Origin: Alphaproteobacteria bacterium | GTDB taxonomy: Bacteria > Pseudomonadota > Alphaproteobacteria > SP197 | Length of the DNA: 64,000 nt | Reading direction: 5' to 3' | Assembly (NCBI GenBank): GCA_964291415.2 | Contig: OZ219918.1 | Coordinates: forward strand, 1,088,001-1,152,000 | In this document: piece by piece, positions 29,625 to 39,185 of the stretch | How positions within the stretch are numbered: position 1 is the first letter of the stretch | Layout of the letters: every line of letters begins with the position of its first letter | Notes under the pieces: generated by a model | Seen by the model: only the letters and a program-made list of their open reading frames with translations | The model's database searches: none | Told to the model about the DNA's origin: nothing | Position numbers and translations under genes: made by a program

Positions 29625-30896
29625 ATGGACGGTCCGCAGGCAATCGGGAACCGGGTTGAGGCGGATGCGGACTCGCCGGTCTATGTGCCGCCGCTCCAGT
29701 TGACGGAGGGGCAACCGCCGCCCATCGCCGCGAATGGCGGGCTGTCCTACATGTCGTTCGACCGGGACGGAGACGCGGGAACCGCCGCGGCGCTGGAGGC
29801 AGCGCTCCAGCAGATTGCCGACGGGCCGAGCCGGATGCTCATCGACAGGCTCGACAATGCGCCCCCCGGCCCGATCGAGACCAAGTGGGGGTTCGGATTC
29901 CGTGGTTATGACGAGTGCGTGGAGCATATCCGCGCCATCGGCATGGAAGCCCCGGAAGGGGGCGTGGCGCTTCCGCTACGGTACACCGTCTATGAGCATC
30001 CCTCTTACTCCGTGGTGTCGTCCAATGCACTCTGGCGGGACCCGGCGCGCGAGGCCGAGGCGGAGCTGCTGCGCCGGTCCGAAGACGAGGCGGGGCAGCG
30101 CGGCCTCTACTTCCCGCAGGTGCTGCGCGATGCGCGCCGGATCGGCGAATTCCATCCCGGCCTCTCTCCCTGCAGCCCCGAATGCATGGACCGGCTCGGC
30201 GTCTCGCTGGCGCACCTCGAGTCCACATGCACCAATTTCTACGATTCGGCGGAAGTGGAGCGCATCTTCTACCCGGAGATCGAGACGCTGCTGCTCGAGT
30301 TCTTCCCGGATGCCACCGACGCGCTGGTCTACAACCACGACGTCTTCGACAAGGACTATCAGGGCGACCGCACGGAAGACCAGGACGCCAAGAACCCCGG
30401 CGTGAATGCGGGCTATGCCAACCTCGTCCACAACGATCTGAACGACAACAGCGGGCGCGTGCGCTGCCGCGAGTTGCTGACGAAGAACCTCCGGAATTTC
30501 GGGCGCACGCAGCATTACACGGAGGCGGAGGCCGACGCGAAAATGTCGCGGCGGTTCATGTCCATCAACCTGGCCAAGCCGATGGAGACGGTGGAGCAGT
30601 TCCCCTTCGTGCTCTGCGCCTGGCCGTCCTTCGCCGACCAGCCTTACATCACCAGCTACCGCATCTATGACGACCGGGTCGGCGAAACGACCCGCTTCAC
30701 CTACCGGTCCGACCACGAGTGGTACTGGCTCCCGCAGCAGAAGCCGAACGAGGTTTCGATGCTGAAGTGCTACGACTCCGTAACGGATGGTTCGGTGTCG
30801 CGCTGGTCTTTCCATACGGGCTGCGTCGACCCGACGGCGCCGGCCGACGCGCGCTGCCGCAAGAACGTCGTCGTCCGCTCCTACGTCTTCTTCTAG
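29625..30896 (+). CDS. CmcJ/NvfI/AsaB-like Fe-dependent oxidoreductase with extra N-terminal domain
   Basis: FYD..EV...FYPEIE, VHND (HxD), HEWYWLPQQKPNEV..LKCYDS, FHTG..DP, R.N..VR. Confidence 0.78.
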   Translation: MDGPQAIGNRVEADADSPVYVPPLQLTEGQPPPIAANGGLSYMSFDRDGDAGTAAALEAALQQIADGPSRMLIDRLDNAPPGPIETKWGFGFRGYDECVEHIRAIGMEAPEGGVALPLRYTVYEHPSYSVVSSNALWRDPAREAEAELLRRSEDEAGQRGLYFPQVLRDARRIGEFHPGLSPCSPECMDRLGVSLAHLESTCTNFYDSAEVERIFYPEIETLLLEFFPDATDALVYNHDVFDKDYQGDRTEDQDAKNPGVNAGYANLVHNDLNDNSGRVRCRELLTKNLRNFGRTQHYTEAEADAKMSRRFMSINLAKPMETVEQFPFVLCAWPSFADQPYITSYRIYDDRVGETTRFTYRSDHEWYWLPQQKPNEVSMLKCYDSVTDGSVSRWSFHTGCVDPTAPADARCRKNVVVRSYVFF

Positions 30897-31183
30897 GAGC
30901 GGGAGCCGGCTGGTGAGGACCTCGCCTCCGGCGCTGCCGGTCCTGATTCCGCTGTCCCCACGATCCTCGGAGCCCGGGCAGGTCAATGCATGATGACTGG
31001 GCATGTCGCCTGGCGCGCAGGGCGGTCGGTAGGCCATCGAGACGTTGCGTTCATCATTTGGAGCCTGAAGCGTTCATTGCCCGCCCGGAAGCGGCAATCG
31101 ATGACATGAAGGTCGGCTCGCCGGACGCCGAACATCGCGAGCGTTGAACCGCGCCGAGTGCAGTCGTTGAATCCGGTTTCGCG

Positions 31184-31663
31184 TCAGTAGGGCGTGCCGT
31201 TCTTGCGGGTGAAGCGCCAATTGCCGTCCGCGCCCATGACGGCCCGGAGATCGTCCTGCGGATAGCTCCCTTCGTCGCCTTTCGACCGGTCGCCGATTTC
31301 GAGAATCACAACGTCCCGGTCCGTATCGTTGAGGATGTGGTGCGCCTCGCCCCGGGCCGGGAAGCCGGCACACATGCCGGCGGAGAGCCGCGTTTCGCCG
31401 GACGGGGTTGCCAGGACCGCCTCGCCCTCCAGCACATAGATCAACTCGTCTTGCTTGCTGTGACTGTGCATCAGCGCAGACTCGCCTCCGGGCGCGATCC
31501 TGGTCAGGTTCACGCCGAATGCGTTCAAGCCGAAGAAGTCGCCGAGCGCCCGCTTTTGCCGCCGCGCCATGCGGCTGGCGAAGGGCTCGGGATAGTTGGA
31601 CGGCTTCGTTCGGTGCGGCACGTCCGCGGCCGCTATGGCGACCTGCGCGTTGTCGTGGATCAT
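31184..31663 (-). CDS. Cupin domain protein
   Basis: FGVNL, PGGESALMHSHSKQDELIYVLEG, GFPA..AHH. Confidence 0.9.
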   Translation of the reverse strand: MIHDNAQVAIAAADVPHRTKPSNYPEPFASRMARRQKRALGDFFGLNAFGVNLTRIAPGGESALMHSHSKQDELIYVLEGEAVLATPSGETRLSAGMCAGFPARGEAHHILNDTDRDVVILEIGDRSKGDEGSYPQDDLRAVMGADGNWRFTRKNGTPY

Positions 31664-31952
31664 TGCTGTTTCCTTGCCGCCTTGCTTCAGGCTTCGGTTG
31701 GAGTCTTCTTCAGGATAACCCCTCGACCATCATCGGGACCTGCCGCGATTCCACCGCTACCTCCTCGCACCAGGTGCGCTGGATCCGGTGTCCCGGCGTC
31801 GGCGCCGGGGAGAGTTTCGCAGGGTTCCTGCATCAACTGCGCTCAATGAGCAGTTTTCAGTCGGAATTGACTGAAAGGTGCGAGAAGCGCTACCTCAGGT
31901 TCTCTCAGACGCCTTACTCTTGGCTCCTTGTGCCGGGTGGCCATCTGCCGGA

Positions 31953-32267
31953 ATGAGAATCTCCCTATACTACAATCCGAAATGCCCGGACTGTGTGCGG
32001 CAAGCGAAACGCACTGCACGGCTCGACTGGCTGCGGGCGATCGACATGAGGACGGATCGCTCGCCCCTGGGGGAGGTTCCGGTAGGCGAAATCGTGGTTG
32101 TCGACGAGCCCAGACGCCGGGTGTACACCGGTGTCTACGCTACCCGCATGGTGTGCCTGAGGATTCCGCTGCTGTTTCTCTGCGGGCTCCTACTCTACGT
32201 TCCGGGAATCCGAGACCGGATCGGAAGAGCAAAGCCTGGGTGCAACGGTGACGCGTGTGAGGTCTGA
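31953..32267 (+). CDS. DCC1/DUF393-like thiol-disulfide oxidoreductase
   Basis: YYNPKCPDC (CxxC), LDWL, C-terminal CNGDACEV. Confidence 0.7.
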   Translation: MRISLYYNPKCPDCVRQAKRTARLDWLRAIDMRTDRSPLGEVPVGEIVVVDEPRRRVYTGVYATRMVCLRIPLLFLCGLLLYVPGIRDRIGRAKPGCNGDACEV

Positions 32268-32655
32268 CGTCGCGTCCCTCGCCATTGTCGCTGCGCTGCA
32301 TCTTGTCATTGGCGGAGCCCACCAACACGCTCATGGCGTTGCCGGAGTGGAGAACTCGCCGCTACAGGTCTTTTTCATCGTGCTTGTCGTCACGATTGCA
32401 CCGTGGGCGACGATTTGGCTCGCCTGGAAGAGGAACCTCATGATCGGCGCCGTCCTCTTTTCGGTGTCGATGGCGGCGTCCCTTGTCTTCGGCCTCGTAT
32501 TGCACTTCGCACTCCAGGGTCCGGACCTGTACTCGAACGTGATTCCGGAGCACCGCAGGTTGTTCGTCTATTCCGCTCTGGGGCTCGCGCTGATGGAATT
32601 CGTCGGATTCGTTCTTGGGGCACGTGTCGCGATCCGAAGTCGCCACACGGCGTAG
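32257..32655 (+). CDS. His-rich four-TM membrane protein
   Basis: Four hydrophobic helices with HLVIGGAHQHAH and LHF; overlaps the upstream stop. Confidence 0.7.
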   Translation: MRSDVASLAIVAALHLVIGGAHQHAHGVAGVENSPLQVFFIVLVVTIAPWATIWLAWKRNLMIGAVLFSVSMAASLVFGLVLHFALQGPDLYSNVIPEHRRLFVYSALGLALMEFVGFVLGARVAIRSRHTA

Positions 32656-33108
32656 CGACTGCCACCGGGGATACCGACGTGGTGCAACTCGCAGATATTC
32701 GAATGTTGAGGAACCCGTCGCAGCTGGCGAACCAACTCTCCCCTGCTTCGTTGCCCGTCGCTCTCGCGATCAGGCTCGCTGCCCGGACAAGATGCGCACC
32801 GCCAAGACGTCGGTAGCCCGCTTGACCGAAAGGCGTAGGTATCACCCTCGTCTGAGACTGTGCCAACCCACCTCGTGATTGCCGGCCCGACGGGTGCGGC
32901 ACATCTGCTCCGACACACATCGGCGGCTTCAGGAGATTCAAGACAGTCGGCTCCGATACCCTTGGGCGCAGCTCTGCGCGCACGTTGCTGCGCCGCCGGA
33001 ACGCGTTCTTCCGCAGGTCTCCCTGGCCGTGGTATAGGGTTGCCCCGTGAAAGTCCCTGATTAACGACAAGTCGCTGCCAGGTCTGCCTGGATGACCGGA
33101 GGATCCTC

Positions 33109-34584
33109 GTGATGCGTGTCGAATTTGCCCCGTCAATGCCCGATGATGCCGATACCATCGTCGTGGCCACACAGCAGGATGGTCAGCTCTTTGCCTCGGC
33201 CGACGCGATTGACCGCGCTGCCGGTGGAGCCATCAGTCGCGCCATGGAAGTCTCTGCGCGGTTTTCCGGGAAAAAGGGTCAGATCCTCGACATCGTCGCG
33301 CCCGAGACCATGGATGCCAGTCACATCGTCGTCGTCGGCACCGGTGACTACGCGACATTCACCCCCCTCGATCGCCAGAACCTTGGCGGCGGCGTCTACC
33401 GCCATCTCGACAGGCTGGGAGCGCGGCATGTCGCCATTCCGGCAGGCCATCCCCTGGATGTCTGCGAGTTCGTCCACGGCATGATGTTGCGCAGCTATCG
33501 CTTCGACAACTACCGCACGGTGATGAAGGAGGATGCCAAACCGACGGTCGATCGCGTGACCGTGGTCACGCAGGAAGTGGCGGCGAGTGAAGCGAAGGCG
33601 GCGCGCCTGAAATGTGTCGCCGATGGCGTCTTCCTGACCCGCGATCTGGTGAGCGAGCCCGCCAATACGCTCTATCCCGCAGAATTTGCCCGCCGGGCTA
33701 CCGCGCTGCGTGATCTCGGCGTCAGTGTCACCGTGCTTGGCGAGGCCGAGATGGCGGAACTCGGCATGGGGGCGCTCCTCGGTGTCGGCCAGGGCAGCGA
33801 GCGCGAGAGTCAGCTGGTCGTCATGAAATGGAAGGGAGCCGGCGACGATGATCCCTGGCTCGCCGTGGTCGGCAAGGGCGTGTGTTTCGACACCGGCGGC
33901 ATCTCGCTCAAGCCCGGCGCCGGAATGGAGGAAATGAAGTTCGACATGGCCGGGGCAGGCTGTGTCACCGGGCTCATGCACGCGCTGGCCTCCCGCGGAG
34001 CCCGTGCCAATGTTGCCGGTGTCATCGGCTGTGTCGAGAACATGCCGTCCCACAACGCGCAGCGCCCCGGCGACGTGGTGAAGACCATGTCCGGCCAGAC
34101 CATCGAAGTGATCAACACCGATGCCGAGGGGCGTCTCGTCCTTGCCGATGCCCTCTACTGGACCATACAGAACATCAAGCCCGACCAGGTGATCGACCTT
34201 GCGACGCTGACCGGCGCCATCATCATTGCGCTGGGCACCTACAGGGCAGGACTGTTCAGCAACGATGACGACCTCGCCCGTACCCTCGAGGCTGCGGGTC
34301 ATGCGACCGGTGAGGAACTGTGGCGCATGCCGCTTGGCGAGCGCTACAGCGAGGACATCAACTCGGACATCGCCGACATGAAGAATGTCGGCAAGAAGCG
34401 CGAGGCGGGGTCAACTGCCGGAGCCGTTCTCCTGCAGAGATTCGTGGGCGACACCCCTTGGGCCCATCTCGACATCGCCGGCACGGCGTGGGCCCATTCG
34501 GACGAGGCCCTGGCACCCCGGGGCGCCACCGGATTCGGCGTCCGCCTGCTCGACCGCTTCGTCACCGACACCAGGGAAACATGA
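33109..34584 (+). CDS. pepA: Leucyl aminopeptidase (M17)
   Basis: GKGVCFDTGGISLK, MKFDM, NTDAEGRL, LATLTGA, AHLDIAG. Confidence 0.97.
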   Translation: MMRVEFAPSMPDDADTIVVATQQDGQLFASADAIDRAAGGAISRAMEVSARFSGKKGQILDIVAPETMDASHIVVVGTGDYATFTPLDRQNLGGGVYRHLDRLGARHVAIPAGHPLDVCEFVHGMMLRSYRFDNYRTVMKEDAKPTVDRVTVVTQEVAASEAKAARLKCVADGVFLTRDLVSEPANTLYPAEFARRATALRDLGVSVTVLGEAEMAELGMGALLGVGQGSERESQLVVMKWKGAGDDDPWLAVVGKGVCFDTGGISLKPGAGMEEMKFDMAGAGCVTGLMHALASRGARANVAGVIGCVENMPSHNAQRPGDVVKTMSGQTIEVINTDAEGRLVLADALYWTIQNIKPDQVIDLATLTGAIIIALGTYRAGLFSNDDDLARTLEAAGHATGEELWRMPLGERYSEDINSDIADMKNVGKKREAGSTAGAVLLQRFVGDTPWAHLDIAGTAWAHSDEALAPRGATGFGVRLLDRFVTDTRET

Positions 34585-35045
34585 CGCAGGTCGACTTCTA
34601 TCACCTGCTTGCGTCTCCTCTGGAGGTGGCACTTCCCGGTCTTCTGGAGAAGGCCCTGGAGAGAGACATGCGCGCCGTCGTCATGACGACCTCGCGTGAA
34701 CGGGCCACCCACCTCGACAGCGCCCTGTGGACATATGGGAAGGAGAGTTTCCTGCCTCATGGCTGCGTCGGGCACGCCCGGAACGTGGAACATCAGCCGG
34801 TCTGGATTGCCGATTCCGATGACAATCCGAATGGCGCCCGTCTTCTCGTGCTCGTTGACCGTGCCGACAGCGACAACATCGATGCCTTCGAGCGCGTGGC
34901 CGACATGTTCGACGGACACGATGATGCGGCTGTTGCCGCAGCCCGCCGTCGCTGGAAGGCGCGCCGTGACGCCGGACACGATCTGAACTACTGGCAGCAG
35001 ACCCCACGGGGAACGTGGGAGAAGAAGGCGTCTACCGCCGCGTGA
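34581..35045 (+). CDS. holC: DNA polymerase III chi subunit
   Basis: VDFYHL, LLEKAL, LD..LWT...SFLPHG, AARRRWK; ATGA overlap with pepA. Confidence 0.93.
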   Translation: MTQVDFYHLLASPLEVALPGLLEKALERDMRAVVMTTSRERATHLDSALWTYGKESFLPHGCVGHARNVEHQPVWIADSDDNPNGARLLVLVDRADSDNIDAFERVADMFDGHDDAAVAAARRRWKARRDAGHDLNYWQQTPRGTWEKKASTAA

Positions 35046-35049
35046 CACG

Positions 35050-36705
35050 ATGGCGCGTATCGTTCCCTCGGACGTGGACCGGCTGGCGCTGGCCGGCGGT
35101 CATGCTCCGGAACTCGTGACACTGGAGCGTTTGCGGCGCGAACTCGATCCCGATCTGACTGTCTTCCACTCGGTCCACTGGACGCAGGAAGCGGATCATC
35201 GAACCTTCTGGGGCGAAGCCGATTTCATCATCGTCAACCGCGCCGGCAAGGTCCTGATCATGGAACAGAAGAACGGTTCCCTGGACGAGACAGAAGGCGG
35301 GTTGGTCAAGCGGTATCGCGATGGCGCCTCCAACCCCGTTCTTCAGGTGCGGCGCTCGGTTGACCACATCAAGGGGAAGTTCCGCAGAGTGCACCGGCGC
35401 GAACCCGCGCTTGTCGCCGACTATCTTGTCTATTGTCCGGACCATCGCGTGCGATCCCTCAACGCCGTCGGTCTCGATTCGTCTCGCATCGTCGACGCTG
35501 CAGTCGATCATCTTCTTGTCAGCAGAATCCAGAATCTCCTTGACGGCGAAGAAGATGAACCGGAGAGGCGGGCAACCGTCGAGGCCTTCCTCCGCCAGTC
35601 CTTCGAGATTCATCCCGACATCCATGCCCGCGTGCGCCACGGCGAGCGGCAGTTCGCGCGGTTGAGCGGGCGACTTTCGGATCTGCTTGCCGGTATCGAA
35701 ATGACACCGCTGCGACTGCGCGTCCGGGGAGCAGCTGGATGCGGCAAGACGGTGATGGCCACACGTTTCTTCCAGGGAGCGGTGGAACGGGGACGCAAAC
35801 CGCTGCTGGTCTGTTTCAATCGCCAGCTCAAGGAAAAGATCGCGGCTTCGGTCGACGGCGGTGGTCTGGTCGAGACCTGGCATGGCCTGTGTCACCGCTT
35901 CCTCGAGGACGTCGACAAGGCACCGGACTTTCGCCACCGGGATGACTATGGCCCGTTCTGGTCACACGTCCAGGATCAGGTCATGGCGGCGCCGGTTCCG
36001 GACAGGTGGACCTTCGATGCCCTCATCGTCGACGAGGGCCAGGACTTTGAGTCCGAGTGGTTCGATATCCTCAAACTGTTCGCCCGGGATGACGCCGATA
36101 TCCTCTGGCTTGAGGATGCCAATCAAGGCATTCACAGGAACGAGCCGGTCACACTCGAGGGCTTTGTCGGCTTCAACATCCGTTCCAACTACCGGTCGCC
36201 GGGAACCATCGCGCGGTTCATCGACAGGGCCCTTGCTTTCGACTTCGAACAGGCCAACGGGCTGCCTGGCCTTGATGTGGGCGTCGAGGTCTACGAAGAC
36301 ACCTCTCACCAGGTGAAGCTGGTTTCGCGCACCGTGTCGAGGTTGCTCGCCAACAGGTTCAGACCCGAAGACATCGTCATCCTGTCGATGAAGGGAATCA
36401 GGCGCACCTGCCTGGCGGAGCGCACCAGGGTCGGCAACCACACGCTCAAGAACTTCTCAGGCGCGTACGACCTGCTTGGAAACCAGGTTTTCACCTCGGG
36501 GCAGATCCTTCTCGAGAGCGTCTACCGCTACAAGGGTCAGCAGGCGCCGGCCGTCATCGCCATCGACATCGAGAGCGGCGGTGACGACGAGGAACACCTT
36601 CAACGCCTGCTCTACACGATGTTCAGCCGCGCCACCGTGCGTCTCGATGTCCTCGTGAAGTCCGGCGATCCGCTCGAGAGGCGTTTGGTCGAGGCAGCCG
36701 GGTGA
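35050..36705 (+). CDS. NERD-type PD-(D/E)xK nuclease fused to SF1 (UvrD-like) helicase
   Basis: GEADF..MEQKNG nuclease motif; Walker A GAAGCGKT, Walker B IVDEGQD, NYRS, YKGQQ, FSRA. Confidence 0.85.
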   Translation: MARIVPSDVDRLALAGGHAPELVTLERLRRELDPDLTVFHSVHWTQEADHRTFWGEADFIIVNRAGKVLIMEQKNGSLDETEGGLVKRYRDGASNPVLQVRRSVDHIKGKFRRVHRREPALVADYLVYCPDHRVRSLNAVGLDSSRIVDAAVDHLLVSRIQNLLDGEEDEPERRATVEAFLRQSFEIHPDIHARVRHGERQFARLSGRLSDLLAGIEMTPLRLRVRGAAGCGKTVMATRFFQGAVERGRKPLLVCFNRQLKEKIAASVDGGGLVETWHGLCHRFLEDVDKAPDFRHRDDYGPFWSHVQDQVMAAPVPDRWTFDALIVDEGQDFESEWFDILKLFARDDADILWLEDANQGIHRNEPVTLEGFVGFNIRSNYRSPGTIARFIDRALAFDFEQANGLPGLDVGVEVYEDTSHQVKLVSRTVSRLLANRFRPEDIVILSMKGIRRTCLAERTRVGNHTLKNFSGAYDLLGNQVFTSGQILLESVYRYKGQQAPAVIAIDIESGGDDEEHLQRLLYTMFSRATVRLDVLVKSGDPLERRLVEAAG

Positions 36706-36716
36706 GCGTCGGGATC

Positions 36717-38777
36717 TCAGACGACAGCGGCGAGCTCGATGATCTCGTCTTTCCAGGGAACATCGTCGCCGATCGTTTCACCGAGTTCGCGGGCGTAGCG
36801 GTAACCGCCAAAGACGGCCGCAGCGATCGGTCCCGGACCGTAGCAGTCGCCGATGCGTGACACACGGCGGATGCCGGCGTCGCGGTTGGCCGTCTCGTCA
36901 GCCATGAGCGCGTGGTAGAGATCGTCCACCGGGTCCTGGGCTGTCACCATGACGACGCTGCGGCAGGCAATCCACTGGCAGTCGCCGGTGTAGACATCCT
37001 CGACCTCGACCCTGCTCCATTCGATGTTCTTCACGGCAAAGCCCAAGTGCCGCTCGATTCCGAGTTCGCGCATGCGGGTCTGGATACGTTCGTGCTCGAG
37101 TGTGTACGCGGTCCACGCCGACACCGAGCTTTCCGGCGTGATGACGCTGACCGTGTGACCGTCCTGCACCAGCTTCTCGGCGATCACGCCGCCCATGTAG
37201 TAGTGATCATCGTCGAACACGACAACGGGTCCCTCTAGCGTGGCGCCTTCCATGATGTCATCGGGAGTGACGATGTTGGCCGACCCGCAGGCGAGGGGAA
37301 AGTCGTGGTATCGACCGCTACCGTCGCGTCGCCATCGGGCGCCGGTGGCCACGGCGACGAGGCTGGCGCCGGTTTCGCGCACGCTGTCGGCCGTCATCTC
37401 TGAATCCATGTAGATCTCGACGTTGGGCAACTTGTGGAGCTGGGTCATGCGCCAGTCGCGCACACGGGCCCAGGCGGCAAGCCCCGGCAGGCGGCACTCC
37501 CGCGCGACCCGTCCTCCGGTTTCGCGGCCGGCTTCGGCAAGCATGACCTCGTAGCCGCGCTGACCCAGTCCCCGCGCCGCCTCCAGTCCGGCAGGACCGG
37601 CTCCGACCACGAGAATGCGCTCATCCGATTCCCGCGGCGGCATCACTTCGGGATGCCACCCGCGACGCCATTCCTCACCCTGCGTCGGGTTCTGCGTGCA
37701 TCTCAGATAGGTCGGCTGGTTGGCAACGCCGACACACATGTTGCAGCCGATGCACTCGCGGATGTCCTCGGGCCGGCCCTCCTCGATCTTCTTCGGCAGG
37801 AAGGGATCGGCAATCGACGGCCGGGCGGCGCCGATCATGTCGAGCACACCGTTCTTGATCAGGGAAACCATGCGGTCGGGGCTGGTGTAGCGTCCGACCC
37901 CCACCACCGGCTTGCTGGTCAGGGACTTGACGAATGAGATGTGCTTTTCCTGGAACCCCTCGTCAGCAAATCTCGAGGTTTCGCTGTCATTCTCCCATTC
38001 GCTGACGTTGACATCCCAGAGGTCCGGCAGTTCGCCGAGCATCTCGATGACGGCACGGCCATCCTCCTCGGGCGTAATGCCCTTCGGTCCGACAAGTTCG
38101 TCGACGGCCAGGCGCACGGCGACCCCGCATGTGTCTCCGACTGCATCCTTGGTGTCCTCGATGACCTCGCGCAGCAGGCGCATCCTGTTCTCGACGGGCC
38201 CGCCGTATTCATCCGTTCGCTGGTTGTGGCGCGCCGACAGGAAATGCATGCACAGCGACAGGCTGTGTCCGGCATAGACATAGACAATGTCGAAACCGGC
38301 CCGCTTGCCGCGCAACGCCGCGTTGCGGTGCCATCGCCGGTAGTTGGCGATATCGGTCCTGTCCATGGTCCGCGCATGGAACGGTTCGATGCCGTGGACC
38401 GGTCGCGCCGTGGGCGCCATCGGAATCTCGCGGCCGATGTAGTTCGAGGTGTAGTAACCCATGTGGGTGAGTTCGAGACCGGCCAGTGCGCCGTGCTCGT
38501 GAACCTGGTCAGCCATGCGCGCGAGGTAGGGAATGTCCCGGTCGTCCCACAACCGGATTTCCCGTTCGGTGTCGGTGGTCACGTGGATGTCGCATTGTTC
38601 GGTGCACACCACGGCCCAGCCGCCCTCCGCCTTGATGCCGCGCATGACCGCCATCGCCGTGGGATGGGCGCGCCCCATGCCATTGCAGTGGGGCACCTGG
38701 TAGAAGCGGTTCTTCGCCGTTACCGGTCCGATGGCGACGGGCTCGAACAGGATGTCGTAGTGCGGGTCTCGCGGCAT
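36717..38777 (-). CDS. Trimethylamine/histamine dehydrogenase-family iron-sulfur flavoprotein
   Basis: RDPHYDILFEP..IGP..KNRFYQVPHC (6-S-cysteinyl-FMN Cys), YAGH, RECIGCNMC...CTQN, GAGPAGLE. Confidence 0.92.
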   Translation of the reverse strand: MPRDPHYDILFEPVAIGPVTAKNRFYQVPHCNGMGRAHPTAMAVMRGIKAEGGWAVVCTEQCDIHVTTDTEREIRLWDDRDIPYLARMADQVHEHGALAGLELTHMGYYTSNYIGREIPMAPTARPVHGIEPFHARTMDRTDIANYRRWHRNAALRGKRAGFDIVYVYAGHSLSLCMHFLSARHNQRTDEYGGPVENRMRLLREVIEDTKDAVGDTCGVAVRLAVDELVGPKGITPEEDGRAVIEMLGELPDLWDVNVSEWENDSETSRFADEGFQEKHISFVKSLTSKPVVGVGRYTSPDRMVSLIKNGVLDMIGAARPSIADPFLPKKIEEGRPEDIRECIGCNMCVGVANQPTYLRCTQNPTQGEEWRRGWHPEVMPPRESDERILVVGAGPAGLEAARGLGQRGYEVMLAEAGRETGGRVARECRLPGLAAWARVRDWRMTQLHKLPNVEIYMDSEMTADSVRETGASLVAVATGARWRRDGSGRYHDFPLACGSANIVTPDDIMEGATLEGPVVVFDDDHYYMGGVIAEKLVQDGHTVSVITPESSVSAWTAYTLEHERIQTRMRELGIERHLGFAVKNIEWSRVEVEDVYTGDCQWIACRSVVMVTAQDPVDDLYHALMADETANRDAGIRRVSRIGDCYGPGPIAAAVFGGYRYARELGETIGDDVPWKDEIIELAAVV

Positions 38778-38929
38778 CGGGTTCTGGTCCTCTTGCTGAC
38801 AATTCCGATTGTGGCACCACAGTGCCGGCAGTGTCGACAATGGGCACCACGCCCTCTAACGCCCCCCTCCCCCGCCGCGTCAACCGGATGTCGCCCCCGT
38901 CGGGGCGACGAATCACGGGGAGGATCTGT

Positions 38930-39118
38930 ATGTCAGTTCTATCGAAGGGATCATCACGGCGCGACTTCATGGGAACCGCGCTAGCGGCTCCGGCAGCGGA
39001 GGCGTTCACGCCGGCGCAGCTTCTGGCCCAGGCGAACGACGGCATGGACGCAAGAAGAAGGGGCAGGGGCAGGGGAAGCCATGCGGATCGCGGAGACGGT
39101 CAGATCGCGGTTGCGTGA
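38930..39118 (+). pseudogene. Truncated remnant of a Tat-exported protein
   Basis: GGAGG RBS, then MSVLSKGSSRRDFMGTALAAPAA...LLAQ followed by low-complexity sequence and a stop at 62 aa. Confidence 0.5.
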
Positions 39119-39185
39119 CCGCGCAACAGGGTGTCGACGGAAACCGGGGGCGGAATGGTCCTGCGGGGCGTGTCGTTTCTCAATC

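Noticed and set aside
26767-33108. Integron-like cassette array
   Set aside because: No intI, no recurring attC boxes or shared spacer repeat was seen, and gene orientation is mixed.
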